Virus record (IMG/VR): IMGVR_UViG_3300042893_001581
Span: 1-64,000 of that record
Length of the DNA: 64,000 bases
From: a virus
Strand: one strand, 5' to 3'
Shown here: positions 46,717 to 57,693 of the stretch, one piece after another
Position numbering within the stretch: position 1 is the stretch's first letter
Layout: each line of letters begins with the position of its first letter
Notes under the pieces: model-generated
The model's database searches: none
What the model was told of the DNA's origin: nothing
Seen by the model: only the letters and a program-made list of their open reading frames with translations
Translations under genes and position numbers: made by a program

Positions 46717-48714
46717 ATGATACCTCCTATAAATCCTACAGCTATTGCTAGTTTTAATAATGCCTCCGCTGATCAAAAAGCAAAATGGCAAAAAGGATTT
46801 GTAAATTTTGGAGATCCTAAATTAAATACCAATACAACAACTGCAAAAGGATTAGAAAAAGTAATAGCTGTAATTTATAAGTTTATAATAAAAGCGCAAG
46901 GATCTGTTTTAGGTATTATATATGGTAAATTTCAAAGACAAAATAGTAGTAATCCTATAACTAGAGCAATTGATAGAGGTATTACTAACATATTACAAGA
47001 TGTAGCAGAAGTTGATATGTGTAACTTATTAAGTTATGCAATAAATGAAATACCAGGTGGTAAACAATTTAATCCTAATGAACAGCCTCCATCAGATAAT
47101 CCTTTTGCTCTATCTAAATGGAGACTTCAAAAAGCTGCATATGATGTACAGAAAAAAATAGACGATTACTATACTAGTTATGGAGATGCAAAAAATCCAG
47201 ATAGTAAATTTGGATTATATAATTTAACTAAGGATATAACAGAAATATTTAATCTTACTAATAATCCTAACTTTCCTATAAGCAATCCAGAATTAAATAA
47301 AGCCTTTCCGTCTCTTTCTGTTGCTTCAAATTTTTTAACTAATGCTTTAAGTTTATTTAATAGATATACTGATCTTAGACAAATTCCAAATGAGGAATTA
47401 CAAAAAATAATAAGAACAATAGATCAAATTAGAGTTTATACAATAGCTATACAGGGATTAAATACACCAGCTTCTTTTGTTAATCTTGCTGATTCTATAT
47501 TAGGAGGAGACGTTCAAAAACAAATAGAAAAAATAAATAAAATTATAACTCCTACAAAATTAATACCTTTATTAAAACAGATATTAAAAGCGGCTAATAA
47601 TTTAAATTCTTTAGGAACTAAACTTCTATCTTATATAGTTACTTCTCAAGCAATAATAAAAATAGCTATTATATTAATTAGAGTCTATGATTTTTTAGTT
47701 GCGTTTTTTATAGCACTTGGAATACCAGCTTTTTTCCTGCCGTCTGGTGTTCAAACAGGATTTAGTTTTAGTGTAATAGAAATTTTTGAAGAAAGAGGTA
47801 AAAAGAAATTAGTAAAAAGATTAGGACAAATAAACATATTATTAGGAGCTATAGCAGGATTAGTTCAAACAATGATAATAGGAATCTATGATATTATACA
47901 AAAATTAAATTTAATATTACTAAATTTAGAAAATTGTGTAAATGCTCCATCTGATTTAAAAGCAGAAATTCAAACAACTATAGATAATTTATCTAGTACT
48001 GTAAATGGACTTCAAGACTTTTTAGATAAATATAATAATGCACAAGATAGAATAAATAGAACTTTTGGTGAATATGTAATAGAAATAGTTAATGAAGAAG
48101 TAACTGATGAAGGAATAAGTATTAAAAGAAGATATGGAATAGCAAGAGATACTAATGGATATATAGTAGCTCAATCTACCCCAACTTTTGCTTCTTTAGA
48201 TTTAATTATAATTAATGAAGTAAAATTAATATTATCTTCAAAGGGACTAGTTAAAACTGGACTAGATTCACTATCTCCTGAAGATACAGTAACTATTTCT
48301 GAATCTTTAAAGTACTTGGATGAACAAGATCTTTCACTTGATTCAATAGAATTGTCTACAGTTGATTTAAATAATTTAGAAGAAAATGAACAGGAATTAG
48401 GACTTCAATCATTTATAAATAATCTACCAGGAGGCAAAGCTTTAAGAAAAAGGATGAGAAAGATTTTAATTAAACAAAACCAATCCCTTACTAGTAACTT
48501 AAAAAGCACAGATCCTTCTAGTAAATATACAAATAATATAGTAAAACAAAAAGAAAAGGAAACTACTAAATTAAAAATAGAGGAGTTAGAAGATGAAAAA
48601 AGAAAGCTTAAGCTATTATTATTAACCGGAGGCCCTGCAATTCAGATTATAACACTAAATAAAATATCACAAATAGATAAAGAGATAAATAAACTTAAAA
48701 ATGGTATAAAATAA
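46717..48714 (+). CDS. Helical structural protein with central hydrophobic segments (start revised to MIPPINP)
   Basis: ATG at 46717 follows the upstream stop; lies in the baseplate operon. Confidence 0.5.
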   Translation: MIPPINPTAIASFNNASADQKAKWQKGFVNFGDPKLNTNTTTAKGLEKVIAVIYKFIIKAQGSVLGIIYGKFQRQNSSNPITRAIDRGITNILQDVAEVDMCNLLSYAINEIPGGKQFNPNEQPPSDNPFALSKWRLQKAAYDVQKKIDDYYTSYGDAKNPDSKFGLYNLTKDITEIFNLTNNPNFPISNPELNKAFPSLSVASNFLTNALSLFNRYTDLRQIPNEELQKIIRTIDQIRVYTIAIQGLNTPASFVNLADSILGGDVQKQIEKINKIITPTKLIPLLKQILKAANNLNSLGTKLLSYIVTSQAIIKIAIILIRVYDFLVAFFIALGIPAFFLPSGVQTGFSFSVIEIFEERGKKKLVKRLGQINILLGAIAGLVQTMIIGIYDIIQKLNLILLNLENCVNAPSDLKAEIQTTIDNLSSTVNGLQDFLDKYNNAQDRINRTFGEYVIEIVNEEVTDEGISIKRRYGIARDTNGYIVAQSTPTFASLDLIIINEVKLILSSKGLVKTGLDSLSPEDTVTISESLKYLDEQDLSLDSIELSTVDLNNLEENEQELGLQSFINNLPGGKALRKRMRKILIKQNQSLTSNLKSTDPSSKYTNNIVKQKEKETTKLKIEELEDEKRKLKLLLLTGGPAIQIITLNKISQIDKEINKLKNGIK

Positions 48715-48726
48715 TATTTATAAGAT

Positions 48727-49167
48727 ATGGGACAAGTAGATCAATTAAGAAAACTAATAAGAGAAGAGCTCAGAGCTGTTCTTAAAGAAGAACTTCCTAA
48801 ACTATTAAGTGAGGTTAAAAAAACTCCTATGGCAGACCCTAAAAAGAGCTTACAAGAACAGGTAAAATCAAAAATACCTGGTACTTTGAACACTGCTATT
48901 CCTAAACCTATTAAATTTACAGGAAACAATCCTATGGCAGCATTCTTAAATGATACTGCCCAAAATATGTTAAATGAAGACTTTAATATGACTTCAGATA
49001 ATATACACCCAGGACTAGCTTTCCAACCTAAAGAAGTTAAGGTCGGTAGTGTAGAAGGTATGTTAGGAACAGCAAGAGCGAGTTCAAACTTGGATGCTGT
49101 ACAAATAAACGAGGTTCCAGACTTTACAGGCCTTATGACAAAACTTAAAGAACAAGGACAAATATAA
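48727..49167 (+). CDS. Hypothetical virion protein (LRKLIREE N-terminus)
   Basis: Late promoter motif at 48714-48721; LKE/LSE/LQE/LNE sites. Confidence 0.55.
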   Translation: MGQVDQLRKLIREELRAVLKEELPKLLSEVKKTPMADPKKSLQEQVKSKIPGTLNTAIPKPIKFTGNNPMAAFLNDTAQNMLNEDFNMTSDNIHPGLAFQPKEVKVGSVEGMLGTARASSNLDAVQINEVPDFTGLMTKLKEQGQI

Positions 49168-49580
49168 TGGCTTACGGATTAAAACAAATATCGCCATTAG
49201 ATTTTAAGCCATCAACAGCAATTGGGGTAAAAATCCCTTTTGATGCTGAAAATGTATTTTCGTCTGTATACACTACCAAGGATCAAATAAAATATAATAT
49301 TATTAATTTTTTATTAACTGATCCTAGAGAAAGAGTTTTTAATCCTACTTTTGGGGCTGGTCTTAGAGCTAGGTTATTTGAACAAATAGATCAAGCATCT
49401 TTTGAAGAAATTAAGCAGTCTATAAGAACTCAAATGGAAAATCAATTCCCTCAAGTTCAAGTTACTACTTTAGATATTATAGGAAGTCCTGATTATAATT
49501 CAATCAATATAAAATTTAGTTATAGACTATTAAGATCAAATGAAAATGATTCGGTTGTATTGACTATACAAAACATGTAG
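49167..49580 (+). CDS. Baseplate wedge/sheath initiator (gp25-like)
   Basis: QIKYNIINFLLTDPRERVFNPTFGAGLRARLFE. Confidence 0.88.
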   Translation: MAYGLKQISPLDFKPSTAIGVKIPFDAENVFSSVYTTKDQIKYNIINFLLTDPRERVFNPTFGAGLRARLFEQIDQASFEEIKQSIRTQMENQFPQVQVTTLDIIGSPDYNSINIKFSYRLLRSNENDSVVLTIQNM

Positions 49581-49582
49581 AA

Positions 49583-51442
49583 ATGGCTAACCAAGTTGAC
49601 ATTAAATATTTAAACAAAGATTTTGCTTCTTTAAAAGCAGATCTAATAGAATATGCAAGAGCATACTATCCTACTGCGTACAATGACTTTACTCAGGCAT
49701 CACCTGGTAGTATGTTTATTGATATGGCTTCTTATGTAGGAGATGTGCTTTCATTTTATTTAGACAATCAACTACAAGAAACATTTTTACAATATGCTAA
49801 ACAAAAAGGTAATTTATTTACCTTAGCTTACATGTTAGGTTATAGACCTAAAATAACTTCTGCAGCTATAGTGAATCTTGATGTATATCAACAATTACCT
49901 GCGGTTAGTCTTGGTGGTAGCAATGTAGCTCCTGACTTTACTTATGCAATGACTATAGAGCAGGGAATGCAAGTTAAATCAAATGTAAATAGCTCTGTAA
50001 TATTTTATACTCCTCAAAAAGTTAATTTTGCATCATCTTCTTCTTTAGATCCGACTACAGTAGAAGTATATACAATAAATGGAAGTAATGTTCCTACATC
50101 TTATCTTCTAAAAAAGACTGTTCAAGCTTTATCAGGACAAACTAAAACTCAAACTTTTAGTTTTTCATCTCCACAAAGATTTGCAACCGTAAATATATCA
50201 GATAGTTCTATTATTACAATATTAGAAGCAAAAGATTCTGACGGTAATACTTGGTATGAAGTTCCTTACTTAGCTCAAGATTATATATTAAAGCCAGTAC
50301 AAAATACTGCAGCTAACTATCCATCATTATATCAATTCCAGAATCAGGTTCCTTATATGATACAGAAGTTATCTGTGCCTAGAAGGTTCACATCTAGATT
50401 TAGAGCTGATGGTTCTTTAGAAATAGAATTTGGTCCTGGTATCAATTCAGTTGCCGATACAGCGGTACTTCCTAATCCTAATAATGTAAGTGTTGGTTTA
50501 ACTGGTGGTGGACTTAGCACTCTATCTAGTTCATTTGATCCAACAAACTTTGTTACAACTCAAACATATGGATTAGCTCCAAAAAATACAAGTATATCAT
50601 TTCAATATTTAGTGGGTGGCGGTGCTTCTGCAAATGCTTTAAGTAATCAATTAACTCAAATTGTATCTTATACAGTAACAGGAAATACAACCTATCAAAA
50701 TACTATAGTAGTAAATAATGTAGATCCTGCTTCAGGAGGTGGCGACGGTGACACTGTAGATGAACTTAGAATGAATATTGCAGCAGAATTTCCTACTCAA
50801 TATAGAGCAGTTACTCAAGAAGATTATTTGGCGAGAACTCTTAGTATGCCTCCTCAATATGGTAAAATATCAAAGGCATATATAACTAAAGATGACGCAA
50901 CATTCAATAATTACATGCAAGGTGATTTTAGTCAAAAAGATCAAGTATTAGTTAGTCTTTATGTATTAGGTCTTGATGCTAATAATAATATAGCAGATCC
51001 TTCACCAGCGTTACTTCAAAATCTACAAACATATTTGTCAGATTATAGAATGATGACTGATGCCATTAATATTAAACCTGGTTATGTAATTAATATAGGC
51101 TGCAATTTTGAAATTATAATTAGACCTAATTACACTGGTCAAGATGTAATTGCTAGATGTATATTAACTTTACAAGACTTTTTTAATATAAATAATTGGC
51201 AAATAAATGAACCAATTATATTAGGAGACATCTATTCTTTATTAGATGTAGTTGAAGGAGTTCAAACAGTAAAAGATGTGAGGATAGTAAATAAATCTGG
51301 TGAAGCTGATGGATATTCAAAATACTCTTACGATATATCAGCAGGCTCTTTAAATGGTGTTATTTATCCTTCTTTAGATCCTTCTATATTTGAAGTAAAA
51401 TTCCCTAATACAGATATTCAAGGTCGTGTAGTAACAATGTAA
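49583..51442 (+). CDS. Baseplate wedge protein (gp6/baseplate J-like)
   Basis: YLNKDFASLK..L, SYVGDVLSFYLD, LAYMLGY, GGGDGDTVDELR, QYRAVTQEDY. Confidence 0.88.
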   Translation: MANQVDIKYLNKDFASLKADLIEYARAYYPTAYNDFTQASPGSMFIDMASYVGDVLSFYLDNQLQETFLQYAKQKGNLFTLAYMLGYRPKITSAAIVNLDVYQQLPAVSLGGSNVAPDFTYAMTIEQGMQVKSNVNSSVIFYTPQKVNFASSSSLDPTTVEVYTINGSNVPTSYLLKKTVQALSGQTKTQTFSFSSPQRFATVNISDSSIITILEAKDSDGNTWYEVPYLAQDYILKPVQNTAANYPSLYQFQNQVPYMIQKLSVPRRFTSRFRADGSLEIEFGPGINSVADTAVLPNPNNVSVGLTGGGLSTLSSSFDPTNFVTTQTYGLAPKNTSISFQYLVGGGASANALSNQLTQIVSYTVTGNTTYQNTIVVNNVDPASGGGDGDTVDELRMNIAAEFPTQYRAVTQEDYLARTLSMPPQYGKISKAYITKDDATFNNYMQGDFSQKDQVLVSLYVLGLDANNNIADPSPALLQNLQTYLSDYRMMTDAINIKPGYVINIGCNFEIIIRPNYTGQDVIARCILTLQDFFNINNWQINEPIILGDIYSLLDVVEGVQTVKDVRIVNKSGEADGYSKYSYDISAGSLNGVIYPSLDPSIFEVKFPNTDIQGRVVTM

Positions 51443-51453
51443 AAAAATAAAAA

Positions 51454-52560
51454 ATGGCCGTATATAAAATATTTGCTTCTTCTGATGCTACTTTATATTC
51501 AAGTAGTCCTGCCGCTAATACAGGTCTTGATGAAATACTAGAAATATCAGTTAAGAATTCAGATAATCCGTCTAACTATTTTGTAGATCCTGTTCCCTCT
51601 GAACCTTTACTTCAAGACAATTTAAGAAGAGCTATTATATCTTTTTCTGATTCAGATATTGCTATATTAAAAACCTACACTACAGGATCATGGAAAACTA
51701 ATTTAAGATTATTTTTAGCTACTGCTGAGAATTTAAATACAACATATAGTTTAGAATTTAGACAAGTTTCTCAGTCTTGGGAAATGGGAACAGGAAAGTT
51801 TGGAGACTCTCCTGAGACTAGAAACGGTGCATGTTGGTATAGTCCTAATCAATTTACAACAGCTTCTAATCAATGGGGAAATGGTGCATTTTATTTAACT
51901 CCTGGTGGTGGATCGTTTACAAATTTAGTAGTTACACAATCATTTAATTATCCAGATAATAAAGATATAAATGTAGATGTTAGCTCTATAGTTGATACTT
52001 GGTTTAGTGGTTCTAGATCAAACTATGGATTTATAGCTAAACATACTAATGCAATTGAACAAAATTCAGGAAGCTATATAGGATTAAGCTTCTTCTCAGT
52101 TGATACACACACAATATATCCTCCGACATTGGAAATAAAGTGGGATGATAGTTCATATTCTACAGGAAGTTTATCTGTAATTAATAGTACCGACAGTGTA
52201 ATTACGCTATCTAATAATTTAGATACTTACAAATATGGTACAGGAAAATACAGGTTTAATATAAATTCAAGGGACAAATATCCTGTAAGAACATTTACTA
52301 CATCCTCTATTTACATCACTAATAAGGCTCTCCCTCAAACATCTTATTGGGCTTTGCAAGATGTAAAGACAAATGATATACTGATAGATTATGACACTTC
52401 GTATACAAAGATTAGCTGTGATGGAATAAATAGTTACTTTAACTTATATATGAACGGATTAGAGCCAGAAAGGTATTATAAGATATTAATTAAAACAGTA
52501 CTATCTGACGGTTCATCTTATGAAATAGATAATAATTTAATATTTAAAGTTACTAGATAA
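51454..52560 (+). CDS. Virion structural protein (baseplate region)
   Basis: DATLYS...NTGLDEILE...WEMGTG...YPPTLEIKWDD; lies in the baseplate operon. Confidence 0.55.
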   Translation: MAVYKIFASSDATLYSSSPAANTGLDEILEISVKNSDNPSNYFVDPVPSEPLLQDNLRRAIISFSDSDIAILKTYTTGSWKTNLRLFLATAENLNTTYSLEFRQVSQSWEMGTGKFGDSPETRNGACWYSPNQFTTASNQWGNGAFYLTPGGGSFTNLVVTQSFNYPDNKDINVDVSSIVDTWFSGSRSNYGFIAKHTNAIEQNSGSYIGLSFFSVDTHTIYPPTLEIKWDDSSYSTGSLSVINSTDSVITLSNNLDTYKYGTGKYRFNINSRDKYPVRTFTTSSIYITNKALPQTSYWALQDVKTNDILIDYDTSYTKISCDGINSYFNLYMNGLEPERYYKILIKTVLSDGSSYEIDNNLIFKVTR

Positions 52561-52901
52561 TGGCGAATGTAGAAATGGTTAAGGAGATTTATGGACTTAA
52601 TACGTACAGTAAAGCTATAAATACTAATTTTACTGAACTATTACAACCTGCTGTTGTTGAAGCTCCAACTACTGAGATAACAGTTGATCAGTTTTTTGAA
52701 TACTACGACCAATTATTTTTTACTATACCTGTTGATGGTACTATTAACTCTCATACATATTTAGTTGAAACAAGTCAACAATATATAGGAGGATCTGTAA
52801 TAGATGCAGAAAAACAAGCACTAATAGAAGAGATAAATTCTTTACGCCAACAGCTTTTAGATATTAATCAATCGTTTGCAAATATTAATGATATAATATA
52901 A
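52560..52901 (+). CDS. Hypothetical baseplate-region protein
   Basis: Translationally coupled 113-aa ORF. Confidence 0.6.
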   Translation: MANVEMVKEIYGLNTYSKAINTNFTELLQPAVVEAPTTEITVDQFFEYYDQLFFTIPVDGTINSHTYLVETSQQYIGGSVIDAEKQALIEEINSLRQQLLDINQSFANINDII

Positions 52902-55900
52902 TGGAATTAGTTAATATAACATATTCAGGGGAGGGATTTCAATCTCAAGACTTAACTCCATTAGATAAACAATTAGTAACTTCTAATTTTATAAATAGTC
53001 AATTTGGCGCACCAGAAGATTATTTAGAATTATATATCTACGATGAAAATAATAATCTATTAGATTTTGATTATGATGCATTTGATTATTATCCTTATTT
53101 AACAGCAAATCCAAAAAATAATACCTATTCTGTATTAACTTTAGATCCAGAAAAAGATTTAAAAAATAGAGGATATAATAGAGGTAATTTAAATATACAA
53201 TATAATTTTTATAAAAGATTATTTAATTCTGCATTTGGTACTTTTTATTGGATTAAAGAAATATCTCCATCAAGAACTGAATTAAAATTAGCATCGCAAA
53301 CAATAAGTGATGATAGTATTTTAAATGGCTTTTCTCAATATCAATCTTACATAAGTAATAAAAATTATTATCCTGTATTCTATTTGAATTTAGGTAATAA
53401 TCAAACTATAATAGCAAGTAATGTATCATATACAGAAGATGAAGATGGATCTTATTTATTAATAAAACTATATGAGCCACTAGATGCAGATTTTGATTTA
53501 AAATCTCAATTGTGGATAGTAGATAAAGTTGCAGAATCAGTAAGTTATAATGTATCTATTACTGTAGAAGCAGAAAATATAGATCAAGTAAATAGATTAA
53601 GAGGTCCTAATTTTAATGTTCAAATAAATGATAAAAACGGCCAAACTACTCCATATTATAACTACGATAATTTATTAGCGAGCCCAGTAAGTTCTTCTTA
53701 TCAAAAATTATTAAGCTATTATCAAGATAGATCTGTAGCTATAAACGTAGATTATACTAACTTTACAAACTTTGTGCATTTTTCAAGTGCAACGGAAAGA
53801 GTAAACAATTTTGTTTATAAAGTTGGATTGATAGAACAATATAAACAGCAACAATCTAATCAATCTATAATTGCAGGAGGTTCAGGAAATTCATCTTATA
53901 AATCAAATTCTATAGATTCTGCTCAACAAGCTATAGATAATATTATAGAAAAATTTGATACTTATGAATACTTTTTGTATTTTAATTCATCAAGTTTTGC
54001 TTGGCCTAAATCTACAACAACCCAACCTTATCAATTATATTCAGTAACGTCTTCTCAAGTTAGTAACTTTTTAGGATCAACTAGTGCAGTTCCAACGGCA
54101 ACTACTCAATCTTTATTATTTAGTGCATCTTATTATGATTCTACAAATAAAGATCTACTACATAATTCAATACCTCAGTACTTATTAGATGATTCAAACA
54201 ATCAGCCTTTCATTACCTTTATGGATATGATTGGCCAACACTTTGATAATATATGGATCTACTATAAAGATCTTTCTAATAGATACAATGCCACCAATAA
54301 TCCTGATACAGGAATATCATTAGACGTTGTTGGAGACGCACTGAAAGGTCTTGGCATTCAGTTATATACAAATTCAAACGTATCAGATAACCTCTATTAT
54401 ACGTTGTTTGGAATCAATGCAGATGGATCTTTACTTCCTCCAACAGGATCAGAAAAAATAACTTCAATTGGAGGAAAGTATGTTACTTCAAGTTTAGAAA
54501 CGCTTTCTGCAAAAGAGATTCAACAAGAATTATATAAAAGACTCTATCATAATTTACCCTACTTACTAAAAAGTAAAGGTACAGAAAGAGGTGTAAAAGC
54601 GCTTATTAGTACTTTTGGTATTCCTGATGATATATTAACTGTTAGAGAATTTGGGGGAACTCCTATAAATTCTGTAGATGGAGTATTTGATTTAGATTCA
54701 TCTACTTATAAAGTATCTATAGTAACAGGAAGTGGTGGAAATGTAACTGGTAGTTTAACTTTATCTTCTTCATTATTGCATCCGGAAGCAAGTTTACAAT
54801 ATTATCAAAATATTAATAGGATCAATACTACAAATATAGAAGTAGGATTTTCACCAGCAGATACAATTAATAGTAATATAGTTTCTTCTCAAGGATATTT
54901 TAGTATAGATCAATTAATAGGAGCTCCAGAATATCAATATTCTGCATCTTATACTCCTTTAGTAGATTTTAATGAAACATATTTTAGTTCTTATACACAA
55001 AAAAATAGTATTTGGGAATACATAAGATTAATCAAGTTTTATAATAACTCTCTATTTAAAATGATTAAAGACTATGTTCCTGCTAGAGCTAATCTCTCTA
55101 CTGGTATAATAGTTAAGTCACACATGTTAGAGAGAAATAAATATGCTCGTCATGAACCTGATGTAACTTTTAACGATTATTCTCAATCGATAGATACAGC
55201 ATTTATTTCAGGTTCTGATGGTGGATCTGTTATAGGATCTACTTCATTTACAGGAAGTATAATGACTCCTTCAGGATCAGTTCAATTTATAAGTTCTGAT
55301 GGAATAGAAAAATATAATGGTGAATTTAGTGGTTCTACAATAGTAGTAACAAGCGGTCAAGAATTTCCTCAATTTGAAATATCACAGCTTCCTTCAAGTT
55401 CTTTATTTGTAACTTATTCATTAGGAGCACTATATCAAAATGTTAGTCAATCAGTAAGATCTCAAATACTTTGGGATTTAGATTATAATGCCGATCAAAC
55501 TATACCAGTTAACTATGGAATAGTAACTCAATCTATAAATAATTCTCAGATTAATAACTACGCTTCATATACGAATCCTAATAATCCTTACGCTTACGTT
55601 CAAGACTATAACTATAATTTAAAAAGGTCTATATATCCTAGATATGTTGGATCTACAATTAATAGTGCTCAATATAATGTATATACTGCAGGAGATATTT
55701 CATATGGTAAAACTGCAACTATAGATAAAATAAAATATCAATATGCTTATTTAATTGACATATATTCTTCATCTTTTCAATTACCTCGAAGAGCTAATGC
55801 CCAAATTAAATATTTTATAGATAATGATGAAAATGTATTAGATTTAACTAAATTAAATAATAATATATTTACAACTCAAAATGTATTTAAATCAGGAGAA

Positions 55901-56995
55901 ACTTTAGATGTTTCTTTATTTGATTATGATAATACAAATCCTTATATTCAAAAACTAACAGATAATAATACATTTACTATATATGAAGGTGGATATAGAT
56001 ACAGCCCTATTTTATTTAATGTAGGAGGTAGTGGAAGTATGAATTACGTATTAGATGAACCTATACAAGTTACCAGCTCAGTTACTATACCTTCTACAAC
56101 ACCTTTATCTCCAGGAAATACTAATTATTGGACAATAAATAATTCTGATTTAGATCTATATAAACCTAATGCATTTGCACCTTTATTACTACAAATAACT
56201 GGAAGTTCTGTAGTAGGTGGGTCTTCTACAGCGGCGGTAAATATATCTTTACAAGTAAGAAATACCTCAGCAAGAAATAATGTATTCTATAATGTACCAG
56301 AATTTCAAATACCACAATCAGTTTCTAACTATAAATTCACTATTAATTTACCAAGTAGTACTTACTCTGACTGGGTTGCAGATGATATTGTTGTTGTTAA
56401 TAGTTTATCTGAGGTTCAATTTAATCCAAATGGAGGAGGGACAGTTGATTCTGTAGAGTTTATAACAAGTATAACAGATCGAGATACATGTTGGGTTGCA
56501 ATAGATCCAAGAACTATAAAAATGTCTCTTACTCAATCTGCATATTATGATGAAGGTTTTATTTTCACAGGTAGTTATCCAGGTATAGAAACGCCTGTAT
56601 TTGATTTCACTTTAAATCAAATGGATTTATTAAGATTTTATAATACAGGAAGTGGATGGTCAATAAATTCTGAATATAGAGTATCGTCAGTTCAACCATA
56701 TATAGATTCAACTGGGTCCTACTATAGTATAACTATTGATAGAGATCTTAATTTATCGGACACATCTGGATCTTCATATCCTGCAAAAATTTGCAAGTAT
56801 ATTATTCTAAAAAGACTTCCTGATGAAACTAATGTTATATTAAATTATAATTTAGGGACTCCTATAACTCAAGACGGAATATTATTTCCTCAATATATAG
56901 ATCCTATAGTAAGAGACAATTCTGGTAATGTAATTAAATCCTTAAGGCAGCAAAATTTAATCAATCCAGATACAAATACATTAATTTTCCAATAA
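52901..56995 (+). CDS. Large baseplate wedge protein (gp7-like)
   Basis: IPQYL...FMDMIGQHFD, LYHNLPYLLKSKGTERGVKALISTFGI...VREF, IKDYVPARA motifs. Confidence 0.6.
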   Translation: MELVNITYSGEGFQSQDLTPLDKQLVTSNFINSQFGAPEDYLELYIYDENNNLLDFDYDAFDYYPYLTANPKNNTYSVLTLDPEKDLKNRGYNRGNLNIQYNFYKRLFNSAFGTFYWIKEISPSRTELKLASQTISDDSILNGFSQYQSYISNKNYYPVFYLNLGNNQTIIASNVSYTEDEDGSYLLIKLYEPLDADFDLKSQLWIVDKVAESVSYNVSITVEAENIDQVNRLRGPNFNVQINDKNGQTTPYYNYDNLLASPVSSSYQKLLSYYQDRSVAINVDYTNFTNFVHFSSATERVNNFVYKVGLIEQYKQQQSNQSIIAGGSGNSSYKSNSIDSAQQAIDNIIEKFDTYEYFLYFNSSSFAWPKSTTTQPYQLYSVTSSQVSNFLGSTSAVPTATTQSLLFSASYYDSTNKDLLHNSIPQYLLDDSNNQPFITFMDMIGQHFDNIWIYYKDLSNRYNATNNPDTGISLDVVGDALKGLGIQLYTNSNVSDNLYYTLFGINADGSLLPPTGSEKITSIGGKYVTSSLETLSAKEIQQELYKRLYHNLPYLLKSKGTERGVKALISTFGIPDDILTVREFGGTPINSVDGVFDLDSSTYKVSIVTGSGGNVTGSLTLSSSLLHPEASLQYYQNINRINTTNIEVGFSPADTINSNIVSSQGYFSIDQLIGAPEYQYSASYTPLVDFNETYFSSYTQKNSIWEYIRLIKFYNNSLFKMIKDYVPARANLSTGIIVKSHMLERNKYARHEPDVTFNDYSQSIDTAFISGSDGGSVIGSTSFTGSIMTPSGSVQFISSDGIEKYNGEFSGSTIVVTSGQEFPQFEISQLPSSSLFVTYSLGALYQNVSQSVRSQILWDLDYNADQTIPVNYGIVTQSINNSQINNYASYTNPNNPYAYVQDYNYNLKRSIYPRYVGSTINSAQYNVYTAGDISYGKTATIDKIKYQYAYLIDIYSSSFQLPRRANAQIKYFIDNDENVLDLTKLNNNIFTTQNVFKSGETLDVSLFDYDNTNPYIQKLTDNNTFTIYEGGYRYSPILFNVGGSGSMNYVLDEPIQVTSSVTIPSTTPLSPGNTNYWTINNSDLDLYKPNAFAPLLLQITGSSVVGGSSTAAVNISLQVRNTSARNNVFYNVPEFQIPQSVSNYKFTINLPSSTYSDWVADDIVVVNSLSEVQFNPNGGGTVDSVEFITSITDRDTCWVAIDPRTIKMSLTQSAYYDEGFIFTGSYPGIETPVFDFTLNQMDLLRFYNTGSGWSINSEYRVSSVQPYIDSTGSYYSITIDRDLNLSDTSGSSYPAKICKYIILKRLPDETNVILNYNLGTPITQDGILFPQYIDPIVRDNSGNVIKSLRQQNLINPDTNTLIFQ

Positions 56996-57022
56996 CACAT
57001 ATTTATTTAAAAGCCCATTTAT

Positions 57023-57682
57023 ATGTCATATTTAAGTAGTACATCAGTAGTAGTAGATGCTATCCTTACTAAAAAAGGTAGAGAACTCCTTTCCAGAAAT
57101 GATGGATCATTTAGAATTACTCAGTTTTCTTTAGCTGATGATGAGATCGATTATACTCTATATAACCCCACCCACCCATCAGGATCTGCATTTTATGGTG
57201 AGGCTATTGAAGCGATGCCAATTATTCAAGCATATCCTAATGATATGGAAATCATGAAGTATAAGCTTATTACGCTTCCAAGAGGCACTGCAAAAATTCC
57301 AGTATTAGATCTTGGATATACGGCAATTACAATAAAACAAGGAGCTTCTTTAGCAATTACTCCTCAAACATTAAATTATCTTGGAGCAACATCAACCTTT
57401 GAACAATCAGGATATGTAGCTACAATTGGTGATGTAAGAACAATGAGTTCATTTAATGGAGTTGGTATTAATACTCCTGAAGCTACGTCATTAAATAGTA
57501 CAACAACTATAGGTACTAACGTAAGTAAGACAGTTATAGGAACAACAATTAATTTAACTGCAACCACGGTTAATACTTTATTTGGCTCTAATACATCTTT
57601 ATTTACTACCTTAGTCGTAGTAGGTCGTGATTCTGGCGCTAGAATTAGTATTCCTGTAACAATCGTAAAGGTAACCTCATAA
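57023..57682 (+). CDS. Virion structural protein
   Basis: DAILTKKGRELL...ITQFSLADDEIDY; late promoter motif at 56999-57006. Confidence 0.6.
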   Translation: MSYLSSTSVVVDAILTKKGRELLSRNDGSFRITQFSLADDEIDYTLYNPTHPSGSAFYGEAIEAMPIIQAYPNDMEIMKYKLITLPRGTAKIPVLDLGYTAITIKQGASLAITPQTLNYLGATSTFEQSGYVATIGDVRTMSSFNGVGINTPEATSLNSTTTIGTNVSKTVIGTTINLTATTVNTLFGSNTSLFTTLVVVGRDSGARISIPVTIVKVTS

Positions 57683-57693
57683 TATATTAAAAT